Shown here one piece after another: positions 1 to 12,679 of a stretch of 64,000 nt of DNA (position 1 is its first letter; each line of letters starts with the position of its first letter). This DNA is from Callorhinchus milii (taxonomy: Eukaryota), in contig NW_024704742.1 in the NCBI RefSeq assembly GCF_018977255.1, positions 28,646,001 through 28,710,000 of the forward strand. Reading direction: 5' to 3'. The position numbers and the translations under genes were made by a program. The notes beneath the pieces were generated by a model that made no database searches, was not told the origin of the DNA, and worked only from the letters and a program-made list of their open reading frames with translations.

Positions 1-728
1 ATCATTGAAATGACTCGGAGTGCTTCCCAGAATAAACTATAAAGTGCAATGACTGTGTCTTTGTAGGCAAACATAGCAGCCAATTTGTGCACAGCAATGT
101 CCCGTACGAAGCTATAAAGTAAATACTGTTTTTAAACTAGGGATTGTTGCATAGCACATCAGCGGAAACTCCATTCTGCTCTAAAGAATGAAAACAGTGC
201 AGCACATCCCCAGCACTGCACTCGACTGTCAGAATGTGGGCACAAAGTCCAGAGAACGGCTTGGGCCCACAGTCTTCTGACTCAGAAGTGAGAACGCTGC
301 CAAATGAGCCAGGGTAACACCTCAAGCATAATATCTGAAAATTCTCAAACTTAATCTAGAAGCTGGTTTGCTGCACTTCATAAAAAGAGTCATCTTTCAA
401 ATTAAAATGGGCAAAAATTTTGCATGATCTTAAATGTCAAAGCAGTGGAATTATGACTAAGACCACAATAAATTTCAAGCCTCAAGCAATTGTCAAGTTC
501 ACAGTATTTGGTGCTATGGGAAGGTGGAATCCCAGAAGGTATAGGCTACTTACTTCCTGTCGCTGGACAGTAACCCAGTGGGGTTAGATGAATACTAATT
601 CCTGTGCAATAACTCGTGAGCAAAAGGGGTAAACTATTTTCATCTGATACTGGCAACGCAATTCAAAACAGCAATTAAGCCTCACAAAGTCCCAAATTCT
701 GGATATTGAAATTCAAAATACAATATTA

Positions 729-1079
729 TAATAATCCTTGCATTTGATTTAACACCTTATCACGTGTTCGAGATGTCTGAAAGCACTTCACAGAATATAC
801 TGAAAAGTGAATTGACTGCATATTTGGTGGGCAAAGCGCAGCAGCCAATTGTGCACAGCAGTGTCCCACAAACAGTCATGGATTTTTTATTAAAAAAAGG
901 GATTATTATCCCGGAAAAGCAATCCACCAACCGACTAACAACTGGGTTCCTACTTACTGCTGGGTAAACAGAGACATGTGGAGTAAGAAAACTTGCCCAA
1001 AGCTTCACCCTGCCAGGAAACAAATCCAGGTCCTCTCATTTGCAAGGCTGGTGCTGTAACCACTAAACTATAGGACTCC
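729..1079 (-). mobile_element. tRNA-derived CORE-like SINE with L2-type tail, long subfamily
   Basis: Reverse complement of the head GGAGTCCTATAGTTTAGTGG, the central TCTCTGTTTACCCAGCAGTAAGTAGGAACC segment, and the tail ATCAAATGCAAGG(ATT)n. Confidence 0.9.
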
Positions 1080-2269
1080 ACAAATTAAAGTTTGGAGACA
1101 AATCATCACTACTCACTAAGTACCTCAGGCCTTTCTGTTTTCCAATTATCACTGTTTGTGTAACTGAGATATTAACAGTTGCATTACCTAATTTACATAT
1201 ACACATCAGAGATCAGGAAGCATTTCTTCACACAAAAGGTTGTGAGGGTGCGAAATGCCCTAGAAAGCTTTAGAGGCAGTAGGACTGCTTGAAAGTGATA
1301 GATAGCTGGGTACTAAAGGTACTCAGAGGGACAGTGAAAGGCTAGGCATTTGGATCAAAAGATTTGCTAAGATCTAATGAACTGGTGGAACAATCTCGAT
1401 CAGCTAAATGTTCTCTTATTGCTCCTGTTACCTTATGTTCCTACCTCACATTCTGATAGATTAATAGCATTTTTTTTAGTCCGATTTAAAACAAATTCCA
1501 ATATCAAAAGCATTAAAAATACTGTTCGTCTTTACTTTTAGTTTCCTATTTATGACCAGAAACTTATACATTTCTTACTCTGTTAGGATGCAATCAGATT
1601 CAAAAGAGCAACTTAGGATGGCATCATTAAGTCAACAAGATGGATTGACCGATTAGAACATTTATTTAGTTACAAGGAATAGACCAGTGGGATATTATTA
1701 ATTTAGCATTAATGAATGAGACTGTGACACATTTTTTTCTCAGCAAGCAGACTGCACTCACTGTAAACTAGCACGAGAGCAGCTTGTTTCATTTGAAGCA
1801 TATTTATTCATTCACCCAACCATATGTACACGAAAATACAGCATGAACTGGAGAAACAAAACACAAAAAGGGGTTGGGGAATCCTACAATACAAAAGATT
1901 GAAGACAGAGGGAATAAAAAAAAACCTTGAGTTGAAAGAGACAAACAAAGCAAATTCTTCCTCGCTACTGAGATTATTATATAAAAACTGGTTTCAGCCT
2001 TCTTAAGTTTCCTGACTATTGGAACAAAAAAAACTGTTTGTATTTATAGGCTATGCATTCAAGCAAACAAGGAAAATGGGAGACTCTTAAGAAGAATAAA
2101 TAGTCTTACAAATCTACAGTTCAAAAATTATAATCATAGATTTATCTAAATATATATTTGTATGCCAATATAAGAGTTTATTTAACGCTTTCTTCCCAAA
2201 TCATTAAAACATCCTAATGCCTTTGCTCTCCACTCATCACTCATAAATTTGCCTACAAACACACAGTCA

Positions 2270-2530
2270 ACAGCAACAACTTGCACTTATATAATGCCCT
2301 TCACGCAGGGTAGTATCTCAGAGCGTTTAACAGTGGCAGAGCCTGACTCCGTGGCGGGCTGGGCGCGGGGGGAAGGTGGCCGTAAGCACGGACGAAGAGG
2401 AAGATTTTCAGGCGGGATTTGAAAAAGGGGAGAGTGCGGGCAAGGCGGAGGAGTTTCGGGGCACAGTGGCTGAAAGCGCGACCTCCGATTGTAGGGCGGA
2501 GAGGGCGAGGGATGATCAAGAGGACCATTT
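2270..2530 (-). mobile_element. L2 LINE 3' fragment
   Basis: Encodes PRPLRPTIGGRAFSHCAPK...FKSRLKIFLF (L2 ORF2 C-terminus), followed by a 3'UTR ending in (TTG)n. Confidence 0.85.
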
Positions 2531-4387
2531 CTAAAGCCTACTTTAGTCAACTGGATTTGACTGATATGTAAAGCTTTCTTTACACCTTAATGTCTCTGCA
2601 GAGCAAAGGCATTAAGATGCCTTAGTTATTTGGAAAGAAAGTCTTAAATAAACTCTTAAATTAGATTACATGTATATTTTTATTTTCCCCGCTCCCAAAA
2701 CTGCACAACACATTATTTGCTTGCACGCTCTCGTGGGCAACGATCTTTTAAATTGTGCATTTTTAGCAATCTTTTAAATTGTGCTCCTCGCACGATATCT
2801 TCTTTTTAAATAAAACGCACTCGTGCAGTTATTTGTTCTTTCTTCTGACATCTGTTTCTTGAAGATCACTGTTATGACAGAAATAACGATATTTGCCCTA
2901 CTCTCCGCTGCTTCCAAATGTGTGCACCTGTCAGCCCACCTCCCTCCTGAACTCAGCGACTGCCACGTAATGCTTCACACAGTACAATGACTCTCTGTCA
3001 CAAGAGCAAGGCAGAGTGGCTTTCCATGACACATCCCCGCGGAGTAGAGACATTAAGATACCTCAATCTTTTGGAAAATAAAATCTTAAATAAACTGATA
3101 AAACATGTCAAGGTGTGGTATAAACAAAAGGCGCACGATGGGACTGAAGGTTTACGGAAAAAAACAACAAGCCACCAGTGATTCATGCCTTCAGCGCTCA
3201 CGCAGCCTTTGGGGCTGTGAATCAATGCACCTGAGATCACCCAGGATTTATTTTGCACCAAACCTCCCGGTCCTGTACGCTTCCTCTATGTAAAGAAAGC
3301 TTAATACAAATCGAATCCGGTCGAGTAAAGGTCAAAAATATAATCCGTACTATTACTATTAATAATTATTGATGGTGATACCGGAGTTAATGATTTCTCT
3401 GCGGGCGTCGTCCTCATTCTGAAGGAGTCTGTGGCTAATTGATTTAATTTGTACGGAGAAACACTCCTCAGCTCTGTTTGACACCATGGCAGATGCTATT
3501 GACGTGCGCTTGTTACTGCATGTTCTATTGGCAGGCGTTTGTCTATGTAAATACAAAAGTGTTTTCTTACATGCATTTGGAGCCTAGTGGGTTTCCACTG
3601 ATAAGCAATGCTTCAATCGATGTGTGCTTTAATGGTGCCACATTGTGAGACAGTAATCTGCCTTCGAAGAGACTATGACCCCTTTACAAAAGTATATGTA
3701 TGTTGAAGGCGTCAGAGCAGATACGTTTATGCCCCAGTTATATTACTGGTATCACATCTGTGAAATACCTTAACAAATTTCTTGATAAGAAACGTGCAGT
3801 CACCAAATTTCTTCAACTTCCCAAATGCGCCGAATAATTCATTAGATGTTTTAGAAATTTGATACTATTTCCATCTCTCCATCAGGCATTAATTCTATAA
3901 ATCATGGGTAAGTATAGACCAGGTTATGGGGAGGGGAAATGCAGGTGGTTGAAATGATGGTGCAAGCCTTCAGATCATTGGTGCCTGACTGATGAGATAC
4001 TATAATAATAATTCTTGCACTTGATTCAGCACCTTATCATGTCATTGAGACGTCTCAAAGCACTTTACAGAATATACTGTAAAGTGAATTGACTGTATAT
4101 TTTGTGGGCAAAACATGGCAGTCAATTACACACAGCAGTGTCCCACAAGTAGTCATTGATTGAGTGACCAATTTATTATGTTTTTACTGTTCTGATAATT
4201 GTTAGGTGTTCTTATGTGAATCTGTACACAACACATTATAGAACATATTATCATCGAACAGATCAAATATCAGATCACTGTTGTTGATGCCAGCTTGTGA
4301 CTATTCTATTCATGCGCCCGGAAGTTGGCTATCTCCAATCTAACTGATAAACAAACACCCTCTGGATCCTTTTCACCATCACGTTAA

Positions 4388-4633
4388 GGAGTCTTGTACT
4401 TCAGTGGTTAGAGCACTCGCCTTGCAAGTGAGAGGATTTGGGTTTGATTCCCAGGCAGGACGAAACATTAGGCAAATTTCTTTACTCCACACACCACTGT
4501 TTACCTAGCAGTAAGTAACAACCCAGTTGTTAGTTGACTAGCGGCTCGCTTTTCCAGGGGTAAGAATCCCATCACAATTTTTTTGAAATAATAATAATTT
4601 GGTCACTCAATCCCCGACTGTTTGTGGGACACT
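4388..4633 (+). mobile_element. Same SINE family, long subfamily, 3'-truncated
   Basis: Head ggagtcttgtacttcagtggttagagcactcgccttgcaag; the central segment is present; ends at tgtgggacact. Confidence 0.85.
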
Positions 4634-5084
4634 CCAATTTTACTTCCAAATCTTGCATTTACCGGTACTCACTATTGAATCTGAAAATATCTCAAGGCAA
4701 GTTAAATCGCTGCTGTTCTTGACTTCTGGAGCATTTGGGGGTGAAAGCTTTACAAATAGAATAACTGGGATATTATTGAATGTCACCCATCCCCACTCCC
4801 TTCAGCTACACACATGGATCAAACACACCCAACATTCTCCTTAGACTTGTAGTAGGCGAAAATCAGATTTGTAAGGCTACACATCCAAGAAACTGCGCAA
4901 TTCAACCATTCTGTTTAGTATCAAAGATACATGGACGAGCTTCTGATGGTTGATTCAGAGCAGAATACAAACTGATAAACGCATCCCTTCAAATATCAAA
5001 TAATGTATCACAAAAAGCTGCAATTAGTACGCAGTTTGCCCATGTTGCCATGTTTGGGGAGAACTGTTTGGTAAAACAAAATAA

Positions 5085-5410
5085 CAATAACAACAACAAA
5101 TTACATTTGTATAGCATCTTTCATGTTGGGAGGACTTCCCAATGCACTGGCCAGTCAAGGATTTGCACCCGAGCTGGGGGTTAGGATCAGGAGGGGTGGA
5201 GGACAAGGAGGATGGGGGAAAGGCATGGTCAAAGAGGAGGGTCTTGAGACAGGCCATGAAGGAGGCAAGGGAGACGTCAAAAGGATGTGGGATGGATTTC
5301 CAAAGGGCGTGGGCAGAAAACCTGAAGGCTCGACCATCCATGATGGGGTGGGCAGTGCAGGGTAGGTGGAGCAGGACAAGGTCTGCGGAGTCTGAGGATT
5401 TTGAGCTCAA
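5085..5410 (-). mobile_element. L2 LINE 3' fragment
   Basis: HPIMDGRAFRFSAHALWKSIP...ASFMACLKTLLFDHAF, followed by the tail. Confidence 0.85.
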
Positions 5411-8133
5411 TTCTCTGGGGGAATGGGGAGCCAATGAAGCTTGGCAAGGATGCCAGTGATAGACTCAACCTTAACAGAAGTACTATTGTCCAATAAAAAC
5501 CCTAGTGTCTGGACACCAGCTTTCTCACTTCAGATAGTTTTGACAGCAACGTTGAAATATGCACCCATGTGCAGTGATTTCTGATCAGTGTCATACTTGC
5601 CAACTAACTCCCCTGACATCTCTCCCAGCCTGAGGAATAGTGCACACCGACGCCTATTAGACAATGATGCGAGGGAAGGAAGGCACGGTTGTTATCATAC
5701 ATTAATCTCGCTTCAAAATGACTTTTTTATGTTAAATTGAAGAAGCTCCGTGCGATGCAAATGCAAGCTTCGATCACAGCCTTACATCAGTAATTGCCAT
5801 GCAGAAGTCTGAAAGCAAATTACTGATCAGTGAGCTGTTGCAGAGTCTGTACGTGAACAGCAGCCTGGATCAAGGACAGGGTTTTTTTTAAACACAGGGA
5901 AAGGAAATAGATGTTTTATATATATATATTATATATAGATAAAAGTTACGTGGGGTATGTATTGTCTTTTTCTTTTTGCTTTTATTGCAGCAGCTATTCA
6001 AATATTTCAAAGGCAAGCTGATATTTAAAATGAACTCACATGAACACCATGACATTTACTAAAGCGTACGAGTTGAGCAAAAGGTTTGCATTGCAAAAGC
6101 CCACTGTTATTCAATGACTTCTTCTGCTCAATGTTCGCACAATGCCAGCCAGACTTTCCCTCCATTTGCAGTTCACAACTCTCAGAAACCTCCACGATTA
6201 CCATTTATCAACATAGAAATATATATAGATATATATTATATAAATAGAGATTTAATTTAGAAATGCAATCAAATGATAGGCAGTGCATTCTACCAGTGCA
6301 TTCATGCCTCAAAGAGTGGTTCGATCCTGGGTTTGGGAGAAAAGCCTCTGAAAAGCCAGCAACGACACTCAATTTCAATTTATGTTTGATCCCCTGGTTT
6401 CACAACCCACTCAGTATTCGCCATCTGTGCATTTAAAAATTTCCAGCATTTGAACAAAACCCGAAAGAATTCAGGAATGTTCTAATGGTCACGTTTGACG
6501 TTTGCCACTGTTATATGTGGCCACTTTCTGTCCCTGTGTGCTTAATCCATGCCTTGGGTCATTTTTCCTATCTGATGTCTCCATCTCAAAGTCTTGCTCC
6601 CTCGACTGCCAAAGGACATCTGGAGATTTCACACTATCTCCCTGTTTTTTTTTAGTTCTTTCATAAAAGTTCAAAGCTGGTTGAACATCTTGACAGTATC
6701 CCTTTTGTGAAACGTCAGTGACTTGTGTTCGCCAATGCATTGAAATAACTGATAAAGGACTTTGTGTGTGTTTCTTTTTTCTGGATTTGCCCGTAACCTA
6801 CTTCTCTCTGTATACATCCACCATATCCAAGAGATCGTGAAGACTTCTGAAGACTGCAGCAAGCCAGGCGATCTGCGTGACCCCGCGATCTATTTACTGC
6901 AATGATCTTAACGCTGATCCCTAAATATTCAGTTTAAATAAATAATAAATAACTTCAAATCGCCCATGTCCAGCTTGCCCTAGCATTTTCTCAACGTGTC
7001 TCTTCTACATTGCACCACATATGGTGACATTCGCTCTGTGACTGTTCCTACCGCCGTTTGACAATATCTCAAGTTGGTGGAGAGGTGGGAGAAAGATTTG
7101 TGTAATAATCCTTGTATTTTTCTATATATGGTGAAGCCACGAGTTCCACTCTATAACCCATTCATTAATTAATTTCTTTTTTTAACCATTATAACTGCTT
7201 CCGTAATGTGTAGTGCAATAATAATAGAATACTGTACATGCCAATAAAGCATCGGAATATTCTGATTGGTGCTGTTGTCTGCAACTCACTCATGAATATC
7301 AGCTCAGTCAAATGGCATCCATTAATCCTCTCCCTGTAGCCTCTGTGTGTAATTAAAATATATATATTTTTTTAAAAAAACCTTTGATAGCAATGATTAC
7401 AATAATTTGAATATTTTTGGGGAGAACTGTAAATAGATCATTGGGAAATTGCATTTAAAGGGAAATAAGCAGAATAAATGGCTTTCACTGCCTGGAAGCT
7501 CACATAGCAAGTCACAAATTGGCATCTGAAGCAAAATGGGAAAAAACATAATAAGTTTCATTTGTTCATAATTTATCTTAATGTAAATAAATCGTAATAA
7601 GTCAGTTCTTTAAAGTTACCGAGTTATTCTGTTAGACAATTCTCCTAAATGTGCATGATATTATTCCCTCTATTTTCTCCTCCACTTGGCCTGGTCTAGG
7701 TCATGTGCCTTCTGGGACAACAAGATGGGAGAATGGTCTCTGCATAACAGACTGTCCATTTATTTTCAAGGAGATGTGCAACAGCTGCTTGCTAAAGAAT
7801 TTTTGCACGTTTTCTTATTCCTTATGAGCTCCGTAATTAGGACTGGAAACTGATAAGAAAGGGTTAATCAAGATTTTGAGTACTGCACACAGTGTCTTTC
7901 CAAAATGCTGCAAACCTAACGGTAATTCAAGAACCTCATTTAGCGGATTTCAGCCACAATATTGCTGGGAGTGTAGACAATGCTGATATACTGGTCAAGG
8001 AGACAGACTGACACAACTGGACATTTTTTACCATTACCTGAAGGGCCACAGTGCTGATAAAATGAACTATTTTTCAATTTCTGTCACCTCCTATTAGAAC
8101 AATAAAGTTGACCAATGGTTTTGTGGCTATTGT

Positions 8134-8443
8134 GGAGTCCTGTAGCTCAGTGGTTAGAGCACTCGCCTCGCAGGCGAGAGACCTGGGTTCGATTCCCAGC
8201 AGGGTGAAACCTTGGGCAAGTTTCCTTACTCCACGCGCCTAATAATAATCCCTCAAGAAACAAAAATAATAATAAAATGATCACTTCAATCCACGACTGT
8301 TTGTGGGACACTGCTGTGCGCAATTGGCTGCCGCGTTTCGCCCACAAATACGCAGTCAATTCACTTTACAGCATATTCTGTGAAGCTCTTTGAGATGTCT
8401 AGAAGACGTGAAAAGCGCTATATCAAATGCAAGGATTATTATT
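8134..8443 (+). mobile_element. Full-length SINE, short subfamily, with intact Pol III A and B boxes; followed by an older SINE tail (8445-8575)
   Basis: A box TAGCTCAGTGG, B box GGTTCGATTCC, tail GCGCTATATCAAATGCAAGGATTATTATT. Confidence 0.92.
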
Positions 8444-10872
8444 GGTGCGACATTGCTGTGTACAAATTAGCTGCCTCATTTGCCTAAAAACATACAATCA
8501 TCACCTTTGACAGCAAAATCCTTTGTGATATCTGGACAACGTGATAAAGCATCATATCAAATGCAAGCATTGTTATGAGAGCACTCACATATCAGCTACA
8601 GTATGCTAAGAAGGAAGATACTAACTAAAGGCTCTTCTGTTTTACCCCGCCAATGTACTCTTGCACTATGTGATGCCCTAAACTTAAAGAAAATTCAACT
8701 ACATTAACGTGGCACGTTTCTCAACTATCTCACCCATCTTAAACTTTCGCATGTAGCACTGTGAATTAAGTGCTAAAGTATAAGAAGTTCCAATAGTATA
8801 CTGAGGAACTGACGTGAGAGCACCCAAATATGCGTGACTGTTATCCTGGTTATGCATTGCTTTTGGAGGTCAGAGTGGTTCTGCAAACGACCCCACCAGC
8901 TAATTGCTGACACACAGCATTGTGTACCTGAACCAAGAGGCGAGTGTAACACAGATCTACTACCTCTGGGGACGGTTTCACTGCATCACTCACGAAAGTG
9001 TATGCTGAGCACACCCAATCTAACTGGGAAGCACTTGCAGCCCTCTTGCCCGAGCATTTCTGCAAACTGATCCCACGTTACAGCCCTAGATCTCAACATC
9101 GTTTGCAGGTAAAACGGACGGCTACGTCCTTCAGAGAGAGGGGGAGCGAGGGAGAGAGAGAGGGAGAGAGAGAGAGAGGAGATGGTCATCTCTTGGAGCA
9201 GAACAGCATTCAAACCAAAGTCTAGAAACTGCAAGTGCTGTTTAGTGCTCTTCCCGACTGCAGCCAACGTAGCAGATCATGTTGTGCCACACACACACAC
9301 ACACACACACACACGGACTGTAAAGTACACAGAGTTACACTGCATCAAATAGGCAGCGTCGCTGAAGACACATACGATTATATTGGTGAGATATTAGGTG
9401 TTAGGAATCAGCGTGAATTGTCCCTTTAAAGAGGGTGCAAAACACAGGACCCATTTGATTTGCAGAACTAACACAGTCAAACCCTTAAGATTAAGTCAGA
9501 TTGAGGATTATAAAGAGCTTCGGCTGCAATGTTTTCCCTGAATAACGTGACGCCGAACAAACAGGTAAATCGTTTCCTTAACGCTGTTTGAATAATACCC
9601 AACATCGCAAACTGACGTCCAGAATAACATGACAACTCCTGACGGGATGTTGATGTTCAGACCACACCAGGATCGGTTCATTCAGTCTGTGTCAAAAACC
9701 TAGCGCCAAGCAAGTTTGCTCCTTGTTTTTTTTGGGGGGGGGCGGAAAAAAAGCAATTTCAAACATTTGGCAGATATTTCATTCACCAAAGCTTAATAAA
9801 ATTCCGCTTCGTATATACAGTATTCCCTTAGTTATTGCAGTCCTGCATTTGCAAACAGATATATTGCATATCGATATAATAGTTACCAATTCCACAGAAC
9901 GTGTTCACTCCTCATCAACACAGTGCACAAAACATTTCAGAAGTTTGCTTTCCTAATTCTACCCGTGTAACATGTCCCTGACTTGGAACCCAGGAGGCAG
10001 TTTAGTTTTACATTACTGCCATCTTCTGTGATCCGAACGTATTTAATAAACCTCCATTTTGAAGCAGAGAAGTACCACAGAAAACAGGCAATTCCAATAG
10101 TAAAGCCACCCCCCCCCCCCCTCCCCCCCTTAGTCGTTTCGTTAAACGCAACCCACACACACACACAAAAAAAAGGGTAGCAGATTTGCAAAACGATTGC
10201 TTCGGGAGCGACGGGCACTTCAATCCCACTGGCGTGAGCTGCAAGTGGGAGAGGGCATCCAGCAAAGTGCTGTGTGTGCTGTGGATTGCCTGAAACTGAC
10301 CCTCCACCACCGCCTGTGACCAAATTCCTTGACGCCCGACCAGCAAACGGGGGACTGATGGACACGGATGCATGTCCGGAGATCTCATTAAGATCGCATA
10401 TGCATTGAGGGCAGAGAGAGAGAGAGAGAGAGAGAGAAGGAGAGAAGGAGAGAGAGAGAGAGAGAAATAAAGGAAGCTATTGAATAGCCGTTTGTACCAA
10501 ACATGTTTTCCATAATGAGCACAGGTCGGAATGGCTCAATGCGACCCACAGGGGAGGAAAGGAGTGGGATTGAACTGCGAGACGTTTCTTGTGGGACAGT
10601 TTGGCGTTTAATCCGTTTAATGATATTAACAAGAAGCAGGGATTTCAACTGACTGACTGACTGACCAGAATACCGAGATAACAGCAATGCCCTTTGCAAA
10701 GTCCAGCTCAACAACGCGAACCATACAACTATTTCAAAGTCAGGAGCTCTGACTTTATATTATATATATATATATATAACAAAACCAGAATGGACTGGGA
10801 TTTCAAATGAAGATTCAACGTTAACACACGAACAAACTGTACTGAGATTATATACACACACGCACACACCCC

Positions 10873-10909
<37 letters not shown>

Positions 10910-11396
10910 TATCTCTGAGACTCCACCTGACAAAAAAAAAAACTCGCCAACTGATGAATTGACTGAGATACCGTACGATCGCCCGGAGTGTCTCTCACAC
11001 AACACGTTTTAAACCGATGGCTTCGATTCGGTCCCGTAAAAAAGAAACTCGTGGCAAACTGTACGACGCGTGTGGGGTTTTTTTTCCTCCCTCCCCCCCT
11101 CCCTCCCTCTCCCCCCCCCCTCTCCCCCACACCCCCTTCTTCTTCTTCTTCTTCTTCTTCTTCCTCCAACTCGCGTGTTTCTGCGATGCACCTGACAGTC
11201 GCGCATCCGGAGCTCAGAGTGGGTACCACACAGCAGCGCTCACTCGGCGCCGCGTGGAATATAATACAATACGCAAAAAGAAAAAGAAACAAAAAAAAAC
11301 AAACAAAAAAAAAAACACGCGCACGCACACCACCACCACCACCACCATCACCGCCAATAGCATTTGGAAAACTTCTGTTGCACGGCACACACTTAC

Positions 11397-11503
11397 CCGT
11401 GGAGTGAGCTCTGTTGGTGGCGTCGTGGTCGCTGTCCCCCTGTTCGCTGTCGCCGTGGCCACTGTCCTTGGAGCTCACTATGTCCGCTTCCTGGAAAGCA
11501 GAA
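11397..11503 (-). CDS. PCDH10: PCDH10 coding exon 3 (107 bp): SAFQEADIVSSKDSGHGDSEQGDSDHDATNRAHST(G), containing the delta-protocadherin CM1 motif
   Basis: Acceptor ctttctttccag|T and donor ACGG|gtaagt. Phase 2 to 1, in frame with exon 2. The DSGHGDSEQGDSD motif is present. Confidence 0.95.
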
Positions 11504-11533
11504 CTGGAAAGAAAGCATCGGCAGTTTTTTTTT

Positions 11534-11565
<32 letters not shown>

Positions 11566-11760
11566 TGGGGGGTGGGGAGACACGAGACGCAAATCAGAGA
11601 TTTTTTAAAAAAATTGAAAAAAAAATATTTTTTCCTTTAAAAAAATTTTTTTTCATATTATTTTTCTTTTTTTTTAAAAAAAAATGGGTTGCAATTTGCC
11701 CCGTCGAGGAGAGAGGTCCGGGCGAGAGATGTCTCCCGTTTGCACGTGTGTTGCGTTTAC

Positions 11761-11819
11761 CTGTTAACTCGACGGGGTCTGTCGACCAGATAGCTGAGCT
11801 CGGTTCGCTGGTGTTTTGC
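11761..11819 (-). CDS. PCDH10: PCDH10 coding exon 2 (59 bp): AKHQRTELSYLVDRPRRVN(S)
   Basis: Pyrimidine-rich acceptor ccccag|GCA and donor AACAG|gtaaac. The peptide matches the known PCDH10 segment (T/A)KHQRxELSYLVDRPRRVNS. Phase 0 to 2. Confidence 0.95.
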
Positions 11820-12679
11820 CTGGGGAGGGGGGGAGAGGGGGAGAGGGGGGGAGGGGGAAAAAGAGACGGGAGGGGGGTCTTTAATAAGTCATTATATAAT
11901 GTCAACCAACAGGCGTTAAAACGAGCAAACAGTATAAAGTGCCCGCACCACAGGCACAGATGGGAAGAGTTAACATGAGATGGGACTGACTGACTAACTA
12001 ACTAACTAACTAACTAACTAACGCGTGTCGGAGGTTTTATTTGAAATTGTCATCGAGACTGAGAAGTGCAATTGCCATTACTAATATGGCACTGGGGACC
12101 CCGTAATGGCTGTGTACGGTGATGGGGAACTGGGAGGACAGTTCAAAGCTCCAGATGGCGAGGGATCACATCCGATGAACACCTTTCTAAAACCCAGGGC
12201 AGCCCTTGCGGGGGTCAAACAATGTCGTGGTCTTTAACTTTCCCTCTCTGAGAATGCGGTTATTGAATATTACAGAGGCTTTAAGCAGTCGCCTCTCTTT
12301 GCGTACTGTGCGTGCAGCCCATACACGCAGTTTCAAAGGATTAAACATTGCGGAAGGCTCTTCGGGATGTGCGTTAGTGCCGGCACCGAGGTGGTTAATG
12401 GGCAATAACACGCATCGAGTCGCTTTTCTGCCGGATATTCGGATGTGAAAGTGTTAAGCCTCCCCCCTATATGAATAGCAAGAGATATATTGCATTGCAG
12501 TTTAATCTGTGCCGCAAGTCACAGGTCACTTAAACAAAATAGCAGGAGTCAGTCGGTGCGACGTGTGTGCATTGAGAGTGACATTTCACATCACTGCACC
12601 CGTCCTTCCTCTAAACGGAAACACACACACACCCGTAGGTACCACAACTGCAACTGATCTGAAACGGATTGCAAAATAG

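Larger units (their letters stand above)
10413..12022. repeat. Cluster of intronic microsatellites: (GA)n 10413-10465, (TA)n 10757-10777 and ~10887-10908, (TTC)n ~11137-11163, (ACC)n ~11328-11346, (CTAA)n ~11993-12022
   Basis: Direct inspection. Confidence 0.9.

Noticed and set aside
8134..8210. tRNA-Ala(TGC)-like sequences here and at 4388, 49630, 56401 and other SINE starts
   Set aside because: These are SINE heads: no proper acceptor stem or terminator, and always fused to the SINE body.
10215..10295. Minus-strand peptide AHTALCWMPS resembling the CM2 motif (GHSDRCWMPS) expected in PCDH10 exon 4
   Set aside because: It lacks the DLFSNCTEECKALGHSD lead-in, hits a stop about ten codons later, and the nearby AG gives the wrong phase. 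True exon 4 is probably outside the window.
10909..11978. 200+ aa ORFs around exons 2-3
   Set aside because: Low-complexity intronic sequence; only the true exon portions are coding.
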